Assembly (NCBI GenBank): GCA_016748015.1
Contig: JAAOMT010000028.1
Location: 62,001-126,000 of the forward strand
DNA from: Geosiphon pyriformis uo1
Lineage: Eukaryota; Fungi; Glomeromycota
Reading direction: 5' to 3'
DNA: 64,000 nucleotides
Position numbers and translations under genes: made by a program. Positions 38,702 to 51,687 of the stretch are shown piece after piece. How positions within the stretch are numbered: the first letter of the stretch is position 1; the number at the start of each line of letters is the position of its first letter. The notes beneath the pieces were generated by a model. It did no database searches and was not told the DNA's origin. It saw only the letters and a program-made list of their open reading frames with translations.

Positions 38702-39591
38702 TGTTACTTGAAAAAAAAAAGCTAATCAAAGAAAGAAAGAAAAACATAAAAAAAAAAACATAATAAAACATGAAGAGATACAGAATAATGTGCAATAATA
38801 TTGAATAACATATTATAACATAGAATAATATATTATAATATAGAATAATACAGAATAATGTGTAATAATGTCAGATAATGTGTTATAATATAGAATAATT
38901 AGTTATAACATAAAAAAATAAAACAATAGCTAACAAAAACAGACAATCCAAAGCAATCCTGTAAAACTAAAAATATGTATATATAGCAATAGCATTAAAA
39001 GCAAAAAGAAAGAATTCTTAAACAAAAATTCATTAGTTATCATTCTTAATTAGAAACATATTATTCCAAAATATCAATAAATATACTTATTCAGCATCTT
39101 AAATCTAATTACTTACTATCAGCTCTAAATGTTGATAGTAATTGATACTTAAACCACATAGAAACAATAGCTTTTGATCATGGCTATTAACGAGATACTA
39201 ACTTGTATTGTCTTGGCTTAATTTTTTTTATTTCATTTTTTATTTTTTTGTATCTTATTAGTGGTTTACTAAATTTTTAAGGATTAAGTACTAAGTTATT
39301 AACATCAAGAATTGCCTGGTAAAAGACCCCTGCAAGTGAGTAAAATGCATAAGAATTACAGATTACTTATCAAAAGATTGCCAACCACCAAGCTAAGAAA
39401 AAAATTGATGAAATTGTGATTCTGGGAAGCTACAGATAAAATAACATGAGAATCTCTGTCTATTATACAAAAAACTCAATCAAAATCTTCAGAATGCAAA
39501 AACCTTCAGATTACTACCATCCCATATCAATTGAGCACCAAGTTATGAGTTTGTTATTTACTCCAACTATCTGAAATAATCATCTATAATA
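38702..39591 (+). mobile_element. Solo LTR D (X/A family)
   Basis: Starts TGTTAC and ends TATAATA (eroded TGTAACA). Shares the GAAACAATAGC...GCTATT...GATACTAAC block and the 3' half with the X LTRs. Confidence 0.8.
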
Positions 39592-42500
39592 TTGTTTTAA
39601 AGGCATCAGCCATTACAGCAGCAGATTCATGTTCCTAAAGAGATATTAAATTAGAAAACATATCATCATTAAAAGATAACAAACTTACATAAGGGCCAGA
39701 CATATTAATGTTCTCAAAACCACACTCAGCTTTTAGAGCAACTACTTCCTGCTTCAACTTACCAATAGTTCTGCTAAAGATACTTATGTGAACCAAAACT
39801 TTGTTGACCTTGAGACCAAGAGCAGAACTTGAAACCAGATTACTATTAACAAATTGTTCAAAAACTTTGACCATAGATCCAACAGACTTAATAATAGATT
39901 CAACCAAAACAAAAAGCTTGGCCAAATCAGATTTCAGAGATGCCAGCCAAGAAGACACCAAAAAATCTACAACAGCCACAAGAGAAGCAGAAGCTATTAA
40001 AAAAAAAACTCAGAAAGAACAAAGGAAACAAATGTCTTTGTATAAAACAAAAAACCAACAAAATATGGTTTAAATATCTTGGGAGCCTTAAAAGAAAGAG
40101 GTAGAGCAACTTTGCAGTCCACAGCCAAGTGGTCTATCTCTTGACACCAAAAACAATGCCAGCAACCAGGAGTTTCTTACCAGATATAGCACTTTCTCAG
40201 TGTATTAGTTTTGACAACAGCAAGATCCAAATCAGCTTGAAAGCCAAATGTAACCAGAGCAAAGCAGAGACAATAACCAAAATCAGAAGACCAAAGAATA
40301 AAACAAGTCTAACCACCAACTTAAGAAATCATATCACTAATTTCAAAGACAGTACAGTCAAGAGGAAAATTAACCAACTTGGCTTTAAACTTATCATAAA
40401 ACACAATTGTTTCCTGTTAATTTATGAGGAGAAGAATCTGAATACTATCTTTGCCCACTAAAACTGACCAGTGATTGAGAGCAGATGTGGCAGCATCTAA
40501 ATTCTTAAAATAAACAACAACATATTGCCAAATACCAGCAGATCTCAACTGAATACAAAAAATTTCACCAAAAACACCAAGAGCCATCTTAATATTAGCA
40601 GCAGATACACCCAAAGGCACATTGTGCAATGCAATAGCAGCAGAAGGGGAGCCAGACTCAGAAACTATCAAAAACTTGGCAATTTTAAGAGTTGCAAAAT
40701 GAACAGAGCTTGTAAGCTCAACCAAAAATACAGCATCCAAAAAGTTTTGGAAAGCAAACTTCATACAGAAAAGCTTTACATTGTCTTTTGAAACAGACTT
40801 TGCATCCAAAAAACCATGCACAGACTAGAAGACAGTTTTAACATGAGCCAGTTTGATCTTAAAAATAGCACCAAACACCAGAGTAGAGACCACTTATCCA
40901 GTAAATCTTTAATAACTAGTAATAGTTTCTCAAACACCACCAGAAGTAGCACCAGAAACCAGAAAAGAAAATAATTCAGTATCTATTTGGTCAGCCCAGT
41001 TCTTAAGCACAGGTGACATTACAGGAGATAATTGTTTTGTTTTTAAAACCAGTGATAATTTGCTAAAAGACACCACATTTGGCAATACAGCCAATAATTG
41101 ATTTTGGCCTATCTTGAATAATATGCCAGATGATACAACAGAGATCTTATTTGAGATCTCATTTGGAACCACAAAGGAGTTCGGTGTAACAATAGCAGAG
41201 GCAAGCAATTGCCTCCACTTTTCTGAACTTTTGGTCTTTTTGACTATTTTTTTTGAAGAAGTGCTAAAAGCACCAAATATTGAAGCTATGGAGAGAAATA
41301 TTAGCTTGTTAACTAGTTTATTATTAAACACTTTTGGGCTCTTAGTAAGAGTGAAAACAACACTGGAACTAACCCAAGTGTGTCTCTTTAAGAGAACTTT
41401 GACCAGTGAAAAACCAGCCAAAGATAGGGAAGTTGCTTCAGTAGCTATTAAAGACAGTTTTTTACAATTACTAGATAAAGAGAATGCTTCTAAAATGTTC
41501 TGTCTGATTGCTTTTACAACAAAAAAAGCTTCTTTGGTTGAAATTTTATTAGATATCTCAGGAAAGATATCAAGTACAGCTTTTTTACTCTTTGCTTTAG
41601 TCATGGCCATAAAATTAAGGAAACAAAAAGTTTTTTTATTTTTATTTAAAATATATAAAAACCAGTTTTAATATAAGTTTTATAAAATAATTAAATTTTA
41701 TAAAAACACATAAAACACAATTAGTTAAAAATTAAAACTAATTTAATTAAAACATAAAATTTTTTTAATTAATTATCAAAAATATGTGGTGTTTAAAAAC
41801 TTAATTTTAAAAAAAAAATAAAAAAAACATAATTAAAATATTTAATTAATTAAAACACTATTATTAAAATTATATTTTTAATAACATGATATTTTTTATT
41901 ACTTAATTAATATTATGATAAAGATAAGATTAAGTATTAAAACTAATAACTTATTTAATAAAATAAAACATAATATAAAATATTAATAATATGTATTTAA
42001 GAATTAAAAATTAATAAAAAATTTGAAGTGTTAATAATAAGTATATAATATATTTAAAATATTAATAAAAAGTATTTAAAGCTTTAAAATATATATATAT
42101 ATATATATATAATAACTGATTACTTATTATAAAACTATTAAAAAAAATTGGCTTAATATAAAATTAATATTTTTTTAATATACAAAAAAACTGTATATAT
42201 AGTTAAATTATATAAAATCTATATATTATATTAAAACTATTTTAAATATATCAATTATTTATATATATTTAATTTAGTTATAAGTTTACTTAATATATTA
42301 TTTTTTTAGAAGCTAATAATTTAAATAACTAAATTTAAAAATATAATTATATATTATTAACACTAATTATAATTATAATTAATATAATCTGACATAAATC
42401 AATTAATTATATTTTTGAATAATAATTGCAAATTTAAAATATTAAACTGCATAAATAAAGACATATAAAATTTTTAAAACATAATAAAATTTGTTGTTAT

Positions 42501-42649
42501 TAAATTATATATATTAATTCTTAATTTTTATTGGTATTTCTTAGTTTGCTAAGATTTTTTTATATTTAATTTAGTTAAATAATTAGATTATGCTATATTT
42601 TTTTGTTGTTATTAAGTTAATTGCTGATTTTTTATTTGAATTTGAATTT

Positions 42650-43400
42650 ATTAATTAAATACAATAATATAAGTCTTTTTTACATGATTTTAATAATAAT
42701 TTTTATAATATATATTATAATTTTTATATTAAAAATTATAAAAATTATGCTAATAATAATAAACAAAAATTCATTAATAATAATAAATAATAATTAATGT
42801 TTAATTTTTTAATATAATAACTGGTTTATTTTAGTGTTTTTTATTCTTTTGATAAGTAATTCAATAAATTAATTTTATGTTTATTTTTGTGTTTTTTATT
42901 AAATAATTTTTAATATTATAATTTTAATATTTTTTCTAAAATTAATTAATAAATAATAAAACAATAAAATAAAATAAAATAAATAAAAATTAGTATTTTG
43001 TTAATAACTATAATTAAAAGTTATTGTTTTAGTGTTGTTAATAATATTGTATTTATACTATTAATATTATTTAAAAATAAATAAATTTTAATATAATAAA
43101 TATTAATTTATATAAATAGAATAATAAATAATTTTAATAATAATATTTATTAAAAACATGTTTATTTTAAGTGTTAAATAATTAACTATTGAAGCTATTA
43201 GATAAGAACCAAAACTAAATTTAATTGTTTTTTTTGTTTTTACTGTTATTATTATATATATTTTAATTTTTATAATACAAAATTCTTAAAACTTTTAATA
43301 ATTCTTATATTTTTTTTAAGTTAGTATTAATATTTCTAATATTTTTAATATTATATAATTTAATAATTTCTTTATTATTAGTTAATTTATATAATTTTAT
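42650..43400 (-). mobile_element. Highly eroded LTR relic (X/A/D family)
   Basis: Reverse complement of ~42985-43040 reads ACACTAAAACAATAACTTTTAATTATAGTTATTAACAAAATACTAATTTT, an AT-shifted copy of the family motif. Boundaries are approximate. Confidence 0.5.
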
Positions 43401-44549
43401 TTTTTAAATTATTTTTTAAGTAATATTGTTAATATAAATATTAAAATATCAAATTCATAAAAATTTCTTAGACTAATATTAAAATTTTAAATATCTAATT
43501 TATATTGAATTATAATATTATATACAAAAATAAAAATACTTATAATAGTTTTTAAATTATTTACAAAACATTAATAACTTTTAAAAACAATTTTTTTAAG
43601 ATAAAGTTTTTAGTAATAACTATATATAAATAGTTACTGGATCTTATTTTATATAATAATCAAATAATTATAAAGTTTGTAATCAATAAACCAAATAAAT
43701 TATATTATTTAACAATAGTATTAATAATAACTATTTTTTTAGTAACAAAATTTGATTTATACAAAAATATATGATTCAAATTTTTATTAAAATATAATAT
43801 ACTATATAATCTTTTTTTTATATAATTAGTAATTTTTTGTGTAATATTTTTATAAAATAAGAATAGAAATTAATCTAATTAACTTAATATATATATATAT
43901 ATATATTTAGATATTATACTATAATTGTATATAATAAGTTTAAATTTTAAGTTAAAAACTTATTTGTATATTTTACAGCACAATTGGCTTTTTAAACAGC
44001 AAATTTAACAGAATTAAACAATTTTACATAAAATATTAAGCATTTTTAAAAACAAAATAATCATAAATAACCAAATATTATTTATTAATATTATAAAATA
44101 AGAAGTTGTAAAAGTGTTAATAATTATATTTATGTAATTATTACTTATATTGCCAAAATAATTTTTAACTTTATATTATCAAATTATTAAATTTTGTTTT
44201 TGATAATATTATTAATATAATAATATTTTATTAGTATTTATTATAAAAATCAAAACCAGAAGTATTTAAATTTAATGTATATATATTTAATATAATCTAA
44301 TTATTTAAAAACTATATATTTTATTTAAATACAAATTAAAACAAAAATTATTGCTTATAAATTACCAAAATTAATAACAAAAAACCATAAATATTTAAAT
44401 TTACTTTAAAATTAACATTTAAGAAATAAAATAAAAACATTAACAACAATATTAAAAAAATCTATGTCTTAATTAAACTATTAGTATAAATATTAATAAT
44501 ATTTAAATTATTATTATTATTTATAAAATAAAATAAAAAATAAGTAACA

Positions 44550-45350
44550 GTTAAAAAAATAACATAAATTAACTAATAACATAATATAAATTATCAAAAT
44601 ATACAATATTAGAAATTTTAAAAATACCAAAAAAATTTTTAAAAATATTAGCAGAAATATTAAAAATTCCAATAATAATTTAAAAAATATGTAAAATTAT
44701 TAAAAATTCCAAGAATTTATATTATAAAGATTTATATATATAGTATTAAAAACAGAAAAAATAATCAAGTTTAATTTAATTTTTATTAAGTAACTTTAAT
44801 AATTAAAAATTTAACAATTAAAATAAATATTTTAATAAAATTATTATTTAAATTATTACTATTTAAATTTATTTATTTTTAATTAATACCAATAGTATTA
44901 ATACAATTTTACTAATAATATTAAAATAATAGCTCTTAATTATAATTATTAATAAAATACTAATTTTTATTTTTTCTATTTTTTATTTCTTTTATTGTGT
45001 TTTATTTATTTTACTAAATAAATAAATAAAAGTAAAATTACAATATAAAAATTAGTTGGTAAAAAATATAATAATAAATGTAAAATTGATTTATTAAATT
45101 GCTTATTAAAAAAATAAAAAACATTAAAATAAACTAATTATGCTAAAAAATTAAATATTAAATATTATTAGCTATTATTATTAAATTTTTGTTTATTATA
45201 TAAAGAATTTTATTAACTAAAACTTTTAAATACTTAAACTTTTAATTAATTAAAATCTTCAAATATTAAAATTTTTAAATTTAATTAATAAATTTAATAA
45301 ATTTAAAGCACTAACTTATAAGTTAATATATTAAATTCATAATTTATAAT
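44550..45350 (+). mobile_element. Highly eroded LTR relic (X/A/D family)
   Basis: AAAATAATAGCTCTTAATTATAATTATTAATAAAATACTAATTTT at ~44923-44967, with TATA and other blocks in family order. Boundaries are approximate. Confidence 0.55.
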
Positions 45351-46467
45351 AGCATCTATTAATTATTTTTAAATTATTGTATTTAAATAAATAAAAAAGC
45401 AAATTTAAAGAAAAAACAAAATACACTAAGCAACAAGACTTTTATTATTAATAAACATAATAATAATATTAAACTAAACAAAAACTAACTTTTTTAAATC
45501 TAATTTTTTTAATAATAAAAGTTTTTTTAAATAAAACATGAATCATAATAATTTAAAAGTTGGTTGATAAAAGTATTTTAATAATCTAACCAAATTAAAG
45601 TAAAATAAATAGGCCAAAATATTTAACATTAAAATTTTTTTCTTTAACAAAAAGTGTAAAATAAGCCATTTATCAAAAACAAATTAGTTTATTTTATTAT
45701 ACAAACCTAAATTTATTTAAAGCTTTTAATTAATATATATAAATTACATTTACTTAAAGTTTTTAAGCAAAATTTTATGGTTTTTATTTTTAATAAAATA
45801 AAATCAATAATTATTTTACAACTTTACTTAAAAGTTAAAAATTTAAATTAATTTATTTAATATGGTCTAAATATTGTTATTTGTTTGTTACTATTAATTT
45901 TTCCAAAATATTTAAGCTTTAAAAATTTTAAAAATGGTTAATTTTTATATTTATTGTAATCAAAATTTTATTATTTGTTTCTAAAAGTAATATTTTTTAT
46001 TTTTAACAAATATTTAATTAACTTAAAATCTTAAACTTCAAAATATTTAATAAGTGATTTTTAAATGATTGGTTTTATTATAAATCATATTTGAAATATT
46101 CAATATTTAAGAGTTTCGAAAACATATTAATGAAAGGATGCAAATTCTATGGATTTTCATCAAAATTTGAATCAAAAGAATTTGAACATAAATTATTGGT
46201 TTGAAAAACCCGTAATAGAGATGCAAAACTGATAAAGGATGGCAAAAACAAAACGTGCGCCAGATGAACCTATGTGTTATTTCAATTTTCAAACTGTTTG
46301 TGGGTTTAGGAGCGTCAAGATACTTGGTTCGAAATGAATCAAAATGTAGGATACAAATTTCTTGATATAAATACTAAGTGTTTGCTTGAGGTAAAAATTG
46401 AAAGAAGTTCCGACTCAAAAATAAAATCACAAAGAGTCCATGATCTCTTAATCTATAACAAGATATC

Positions 46468-47266
46468 TCAATAAACCGATAATATCTCTGAAATAGCTTG
46501 TTTCAAAGATTCAGGACTGGCAGTCGTGAACAAAGTACCCGGGTAGGATTTACTACCCCATTGTGGATGAAGCAAGATGTGGCAACAACCAGCATTCTGG
46601 ACATCATATTTTAAAAATTCCTGGGCGCCTTGAACATCCGGGTATATTGATGGACCAGGTGGAGAAAACATCTTTGAACAGAAAATATTCTAATCATTAG
46701 TAGAGCTGAGATAACTTTCATAAAAATCCTTGGTGAACTAATCAATAAGTATATAGGGCCTTACCGGGAAGCCTGATGCCGGGTCAGTGATATCAGCCCA
46801 ATTCCCATTTTTTCGTAAAATTTCACATACCGCCGTTCCCCATTCAAAAAACTTTGAAATTGTTACACAAAACTCGAAAGCCTGTAACTTTTTAATCTGT
46901 CAAAAACTTAAATCATTTCAATATACTTACCATTTCAAGTTTTTCGTCTCGCTCTTTGTCAATTAAGGGACCCGTACCAACAAGATCATAGACGCATTTT
47001 TGGAAGGTGGGCACCACAAGACACTTCTCAAGATCATTCACTTTTGGAAAAACTCCTTTTAGATCTCTAGTGAATCTGCTTGAAATAGCGTGAATCGAGT
47101 ACTCAATAGTTAATTTTCTGCGAGTCTTGGGAGTTAATGCAGTCACGATTATTGGGCCAAATAATGAAATAGATCGTTTATTTCCAGCTCGAGATTTAAT
47201 TGCAACCGTCTTTGAAGAAAAGGAGGAGTTAGTGGGAGAACCACAAGACATTAAAATGTGCTCCAT
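46468..47266 (-). CDS. MMADHC: MMADHC/CblD-family cobalamin-trafficking protein; exons 47266-46931, 46851-46765, 46671-46468 (~208 aa)
   Basis: Spliced motifs ERDEKLEMFFEWG..VCEILRKNGNWADITDPASG and GCCHILLHPQWGSKSYPGTLFT match the CblD C-terminal family. Splice sites are canonical and in frame. Confidence 0.85.
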
Positions 47267-47425
47267 AATTTTGACAAAGGGTTTCTCAAAAAAAAAAAAC
47301 TATGAACGATGGGACAGATAATCTACAGTTTATTACACATCACGGGTTTCATTCTTAGGACAAAAAATAACACGTAGCAACTATCTTGATTCAACTAACA
47401 GGATAATACTTTCCAAAAATTTTTC

Positions 47426-48490
47426 ATGATGGTTAAGACAAAAGGCTTGTTACTTGTAGACACTTTCATCTTTTATTTCATATTATTATCCTTACTTTGG
47501 CCAGATTTAGCTGAGGGAACAGCCCTAACATACAATGTTGCTGCACATGAAAAGGCTTGTTTCTACGCTTGGGCTGATAAAGCATATGAGAAAGTTGCTT
47601 TTTACTTTGCGGTAAGATTTGAAACGCTAGTCGAAAGATTTAGGAACAAGTTTTATCCAATGCTCGTTATCAATTTTTGGCACCCGGCTTTGCTGGAGGG
47701 TCACAACATCTTTAGTCAGTGAAACTGTGGCCGCCTAGAATGTGAGAGTGTCATGTTTAAGGAAAATTTTGCGAGCTCATACCAAATATCCATTTTATTT
47801 TATTAATGGAATTGAGACCGGTTTTCTTTGATACATTTCAAAAACATCGATTCTTCGTCCCGGAAAAGAAATCAGCTGCAAAAGATTCAAATTTCTTGAC
47901 ATGAGGAAGCTAAAAGATACATGGAGCTCTTTTTCCTTTTCCATTTTCATTGCTAAAACATTGATTTCTAAATTAATTAATCTTAATATATCGCTTTATT
48001 AAATTCTCAGGTACAATCGGGCGGTTCTTTTGATATAGACTATGTAGTAACTGACCCCAGAGGACACGTAGTAATTAGCGGTGATCGAGAACGTCAAGGA
48101 GACTTTGTATTCACAGCAAATTACGTAGGGGAATACTCATTCTGTTTCGCCAATGACATGTCAACCTTCGCCGAAAAATTAGTCGATTTCGAGATTACAA
48201 TTGAGAATGAACCTCGTGCTGAATTACCCAATTCGAAAGGCGCTACCCCCGAGAAAACAAGTAACATGGAAGAAAGTTTGTTCCGATTGAGTGGAAGTTT
48301 GAGCACAATTGCTAGAACTCAGAAATATTTTAGAACTAGGGAAAATAGGAATTTTTCTACAGTTAAGAGTACCGAGAATAGAATATTTTGGTTCGCGTTG
48401 TTGGAGAGTGGGCTTATTGTTGGAATGGCTGCGTTACAGGTTTTTGTTGTTAGGACCTTCTTTAGTACTACGAAGCGCGGACACGTTTAA
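47426..48490 (+). CDS. p24/emp24/gp25L family ER-Golgi cargo receptor (GOLD domain); exons 47426-47611, 48011-48490
   Basis: Signal peptide, GOLD cysteines (KACFY...YSFCF.N), VQSGGSFDID, coiled coil RERNFSTVKSTENRI, transmembrane segment and FF tail. Confidence 0.92.
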
Positions 48491-49343
48491 GAGAAATTAG
48501 TGATGTAAACATAAATCATGGTGTATGTTAATGGATGGAGGATTTCATGAGAAGTCGAGTCGAAGCACTTGATCGCCTTGACCTCAGCAGTCGAAGCTTT
48601 TGAACTCAACTTTTAGTGGAAAGACTGTGTGGGGTTCAAGACTTTTGTTTCTTATTTAATCCATAGGTTTTTCAAGACTACTAAATTTAGAGAAATAAAA
48701 ATATTATTGTAATAAAGACATTTGTCGGATTGAAACCATTACTCTAAGGCTTTGAAGAGCGAAATGAGATAATTTTTTTAAAAATGAAGTGAATTTTGAA
48801 GTAATCCCTAAGATTTCATCATAGTACTGAATAACCATTCACTTAAACGGTTTCAATGAAATACCCATCACATTCTTTTCTCTAAAGTACTCATCCTAAT
48901 ATATGTTTCGTGAATTAACAACCTCAGAATATTTTCCGGTAAATGAACCAAGTTCGATCAGGCTAACAACTTTTCACATATCATGAAAGCTGGAAAAGGA
49001 ACCATTTAGCCGTCCAGATTTCAACCTCTAATTAACTATGATTAAAATCTTATCTGCTATTCGAATACTTGATTGAAAAATTATCCATCACCACCCAGCT
49101 TACAAATATGAAAAATATGGCAGATACTATGACTTTTAACGTCTAAGTTAACCCTTTTTTAGTGAACTCTTGAATATGCAACATTAAATAGTAAAAAAGG
49201 GACCCAATAAAAACTATGGCAGTATCGGCTCCCCACGCTCCTAAAAAAGGGACACAAAAACGGCGAAAATGAAAAATATGTCGGAATAACACAATGTTTT
49301 TTGTTATTTTTTTTTGGAACAAGTAGACTTGTTCCGATTGAGG

Positions 49344-50119
49344 TCACTTTGCAAACGGTTCCCCAACTGGAAATAAAAATAGAGTTGATTTTTAATTTCA
49401 ATTTCGGTTTGATGTAATATTAATGTCAATATTTTCTTAGTGATAAGCAGCTTACTATTTTTTCCTCGTAATTTTATACCAAGCACGCGTTCAAGTTTGG
49501 TTAGAACTTGTTGACTTGGAATTGTACGGCCCATTTCGTAATCATTGATCTTAGAGTATATGGTATTTTTAGTCGGTAATAAAATTATACAGATAAATGC
49601 CACGAACATATATAAACATTAATAAAACATACAGAATCTGAACTCAATTATTGCACAACAAATTCGATTTCACTTACAATATTAGCTTTTTCATTAATCT
49701 TCACACCAAGATCCTTTTGGTTTAATCCTTTAGCTTGTCGAGCCTGTTGTATCGCTTTACCGACGGATAAACTGATTTTGGGGGGTGGTGCTACATCGTT
49801 TTCTCGATCCAGTTTGGCTATGCGTTGATGGTCGGTATTGGTATGCATCTTGTTGGTGCCACCAGTAGCTTAAAATTAAATTGATCAATTTGATATGAGA
49901 AATCATGAACCAAAAGCAAAAAGCTTTTATGAAATCAACTGTTATTGTAATGCTTTTCCAACAATTTGTCAAAAAGATAGTAGCTTTACTTTTTCGTTCT
50001 GTTTCAACAACCGCATTAGCACGACGCGCTTGGTTAATTGCGGACGCCCCTTTGGCAACCTTTACCGTTTCTCCACGCTTTCGAATGACAACAGGTTTAT
50101 CCCAATCACCTTCGCTCAT
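49344..50119 (-). CDS. MBF1: Multiprotein bridging factor 1; exons 50119-49990, 49868-49678, 49549-49456, 49366-49344 (145 aa)
   Basis: [11 protein letters not shown]...GGTNK...[10 protein letters not shown]...VGKAIQQAR...[11 protein letters not shown]...DYE.G...[17 protein letters not shown]. Intron phases are consistent. Confidence 0.95.
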
Positions 50120-50224
50120 TGTTGCTTTTTAGTATGTGGATATTATGAAAATTTAGGCAAAATAATAGACACTAACACACGATAATTTCAGTGGTTTTAT
50201 AAATTATTAGTGAATCAGGTGGGA

Positions 50225-50232
50225 TGACGTAA
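50225..50232. promoter_or_regulatory. CRE/ATF bZIP site TGACGTAA upstream of MBF1
   Basis: ATGACGTAA about 105 nt upstream of the MBF1 ATG in the divergent promoter. Confidence 0.4.
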
Positions 50233-50511
50233 TTATCATTTGTGTCATGATTACCATTAGTAAATTTTACAAATCGTGGGACAGTTTCAACAAAAGAAAG
50301 TAAAGGAACAAACTATGCTGCAATTAAGTATTATAAAAAGTCGAAATATGCATCTATGGCGCATCTACATTTGCTTATATTTGCTTTGCTTTGGAATTCA
50401 ATGGATTTTTGAGAAAATTGTGTTTCTTTGCTTATTTTTTGTCTCTGCAATATTTGTGTTATAAATCCCTCTGTAAAACTTGCTAGAACAGAACCCAGAA
50501 AATTGATAATA

Positions 50512-51687
50512 ATGAATAAAGTCATTGAAAATAAAATGAAAGAAATTACCTCGTGTCATATAGAGCTTGCCGCAGCAAGCTTGACGATTCCTAGTTCTGC
50601 TTCACTCGTTATTAAAGGGAATATACACTTTAATCTTGCCTCTTCGTTAAAGCTTAGTCAAATAGTATTAAAATTGCATGGATACTCTCAATTTGATAAC
50701 TCACAAAAATCGGCCATTACGCGTAATGTGAATGTAAAAGATTTGATAAAACAGAAACTTACTGTTGTCAACATCACTACAAATTATCCCGTCGGTGGAA
50801 CAATTTTGCCGTTTGTCTTGATCATCAAAAACCCACAAGTGCTCCCGGCAAGTGTGGAAGGAAAACACGCGCAGATACGTTACGTTTTGATAGCAGAGCT
50901 GACCAAGGCGGGTCACCCACCCGGAGTCTTTAAAGCTACTAAAAATGTGATTTTACGAAAGAGGATATCGGAAGGCGTGATTGATCTAAATGAAAAATTG
51001 GTGTTGGAGGATGAAAAAGAGAATTTGCTAAAATATCGAGTTCTAGTTTCAAAATATTTAATTGTCAGTGACATCGCAGGGCAGGAAGGTGACGATGCAA
51101 TGCCACGCGGTACGATCAAAGTTGAAGCATCATTTGAATCGCTTGCCGAAAAAACTGCGGTAAAAGAGGTTAAAGTCGAGGCTTTTGAATATGAAATGTA
51201 TAATTTCGCTAAAGTTGGCACTACTAGTAGCGGTGGATCGACCTCGACTCCTACAAAACCGTGAGTTACAAAATCTTATCATCGAGGTTCTGCTTTCATT
51301 TTGGTAAAAATCACCAATTTTTATTTCCTCAATATCAGAACTGCAGGAGCTAAATCTGGGACAAAACCTAAATCCACAAATGTTGCTTCGCGTACAGCTG
51401 GCAAGATTCCAGCATTTTCTGCAATTTCCATTCCGAATCCACACCATACCAACCCTATTCTAACACCCGCACTCTCTATACCTATCGCTTCAACTGGCTC
51501 ACCCGTGGCAAATTTTGAAATTCCAATCACTACAAAAATGAAGCCGGACTCGAATGCATCATTTTTGGAGGTGAAACATGAAATTGTTTTGACAATTAGA
51601 TTCGAGAAGTTCATGCTAATGCCGCTCAAGTTGGAAGTACCCGTAATTGTGATTACCGATTCCGAAAACCAAGTTTCTGCCACATAG
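50512..51687 (+). CDS. Arrestin-fold (alpha-arrestin-like) protein; exons 50512-51260, 51339-51687 (~365 aa)
   Basis: IKGNIHFNL..SLKLSQIVLKLHG, YPVGGTILPFVL...LPASVEGKHAQIRYVLIAEL and FLEVKHEIVLTI...LEVPVIV are typical arrestin N and C domain patterns. Confidence 0.72.

Larger units (their letters stand above)
12871..41700 (-). mobile_element. Older degenerate LINE (LINE-B), split by nested LTR insertions into fragments ~12871-13547, 17050-19057, 37828-38701 and 39592-41700
   Basis: ORF1 starts MAMTKAKSKK at 41610. RT-region remnants lie at 37.8-38.7 kb and 17-19 kb. The 3' UTR at ~12.9-13.0 kb aligns by eye with the LINE-A 3' UTR (12261-12380). Confidence 0.75.
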
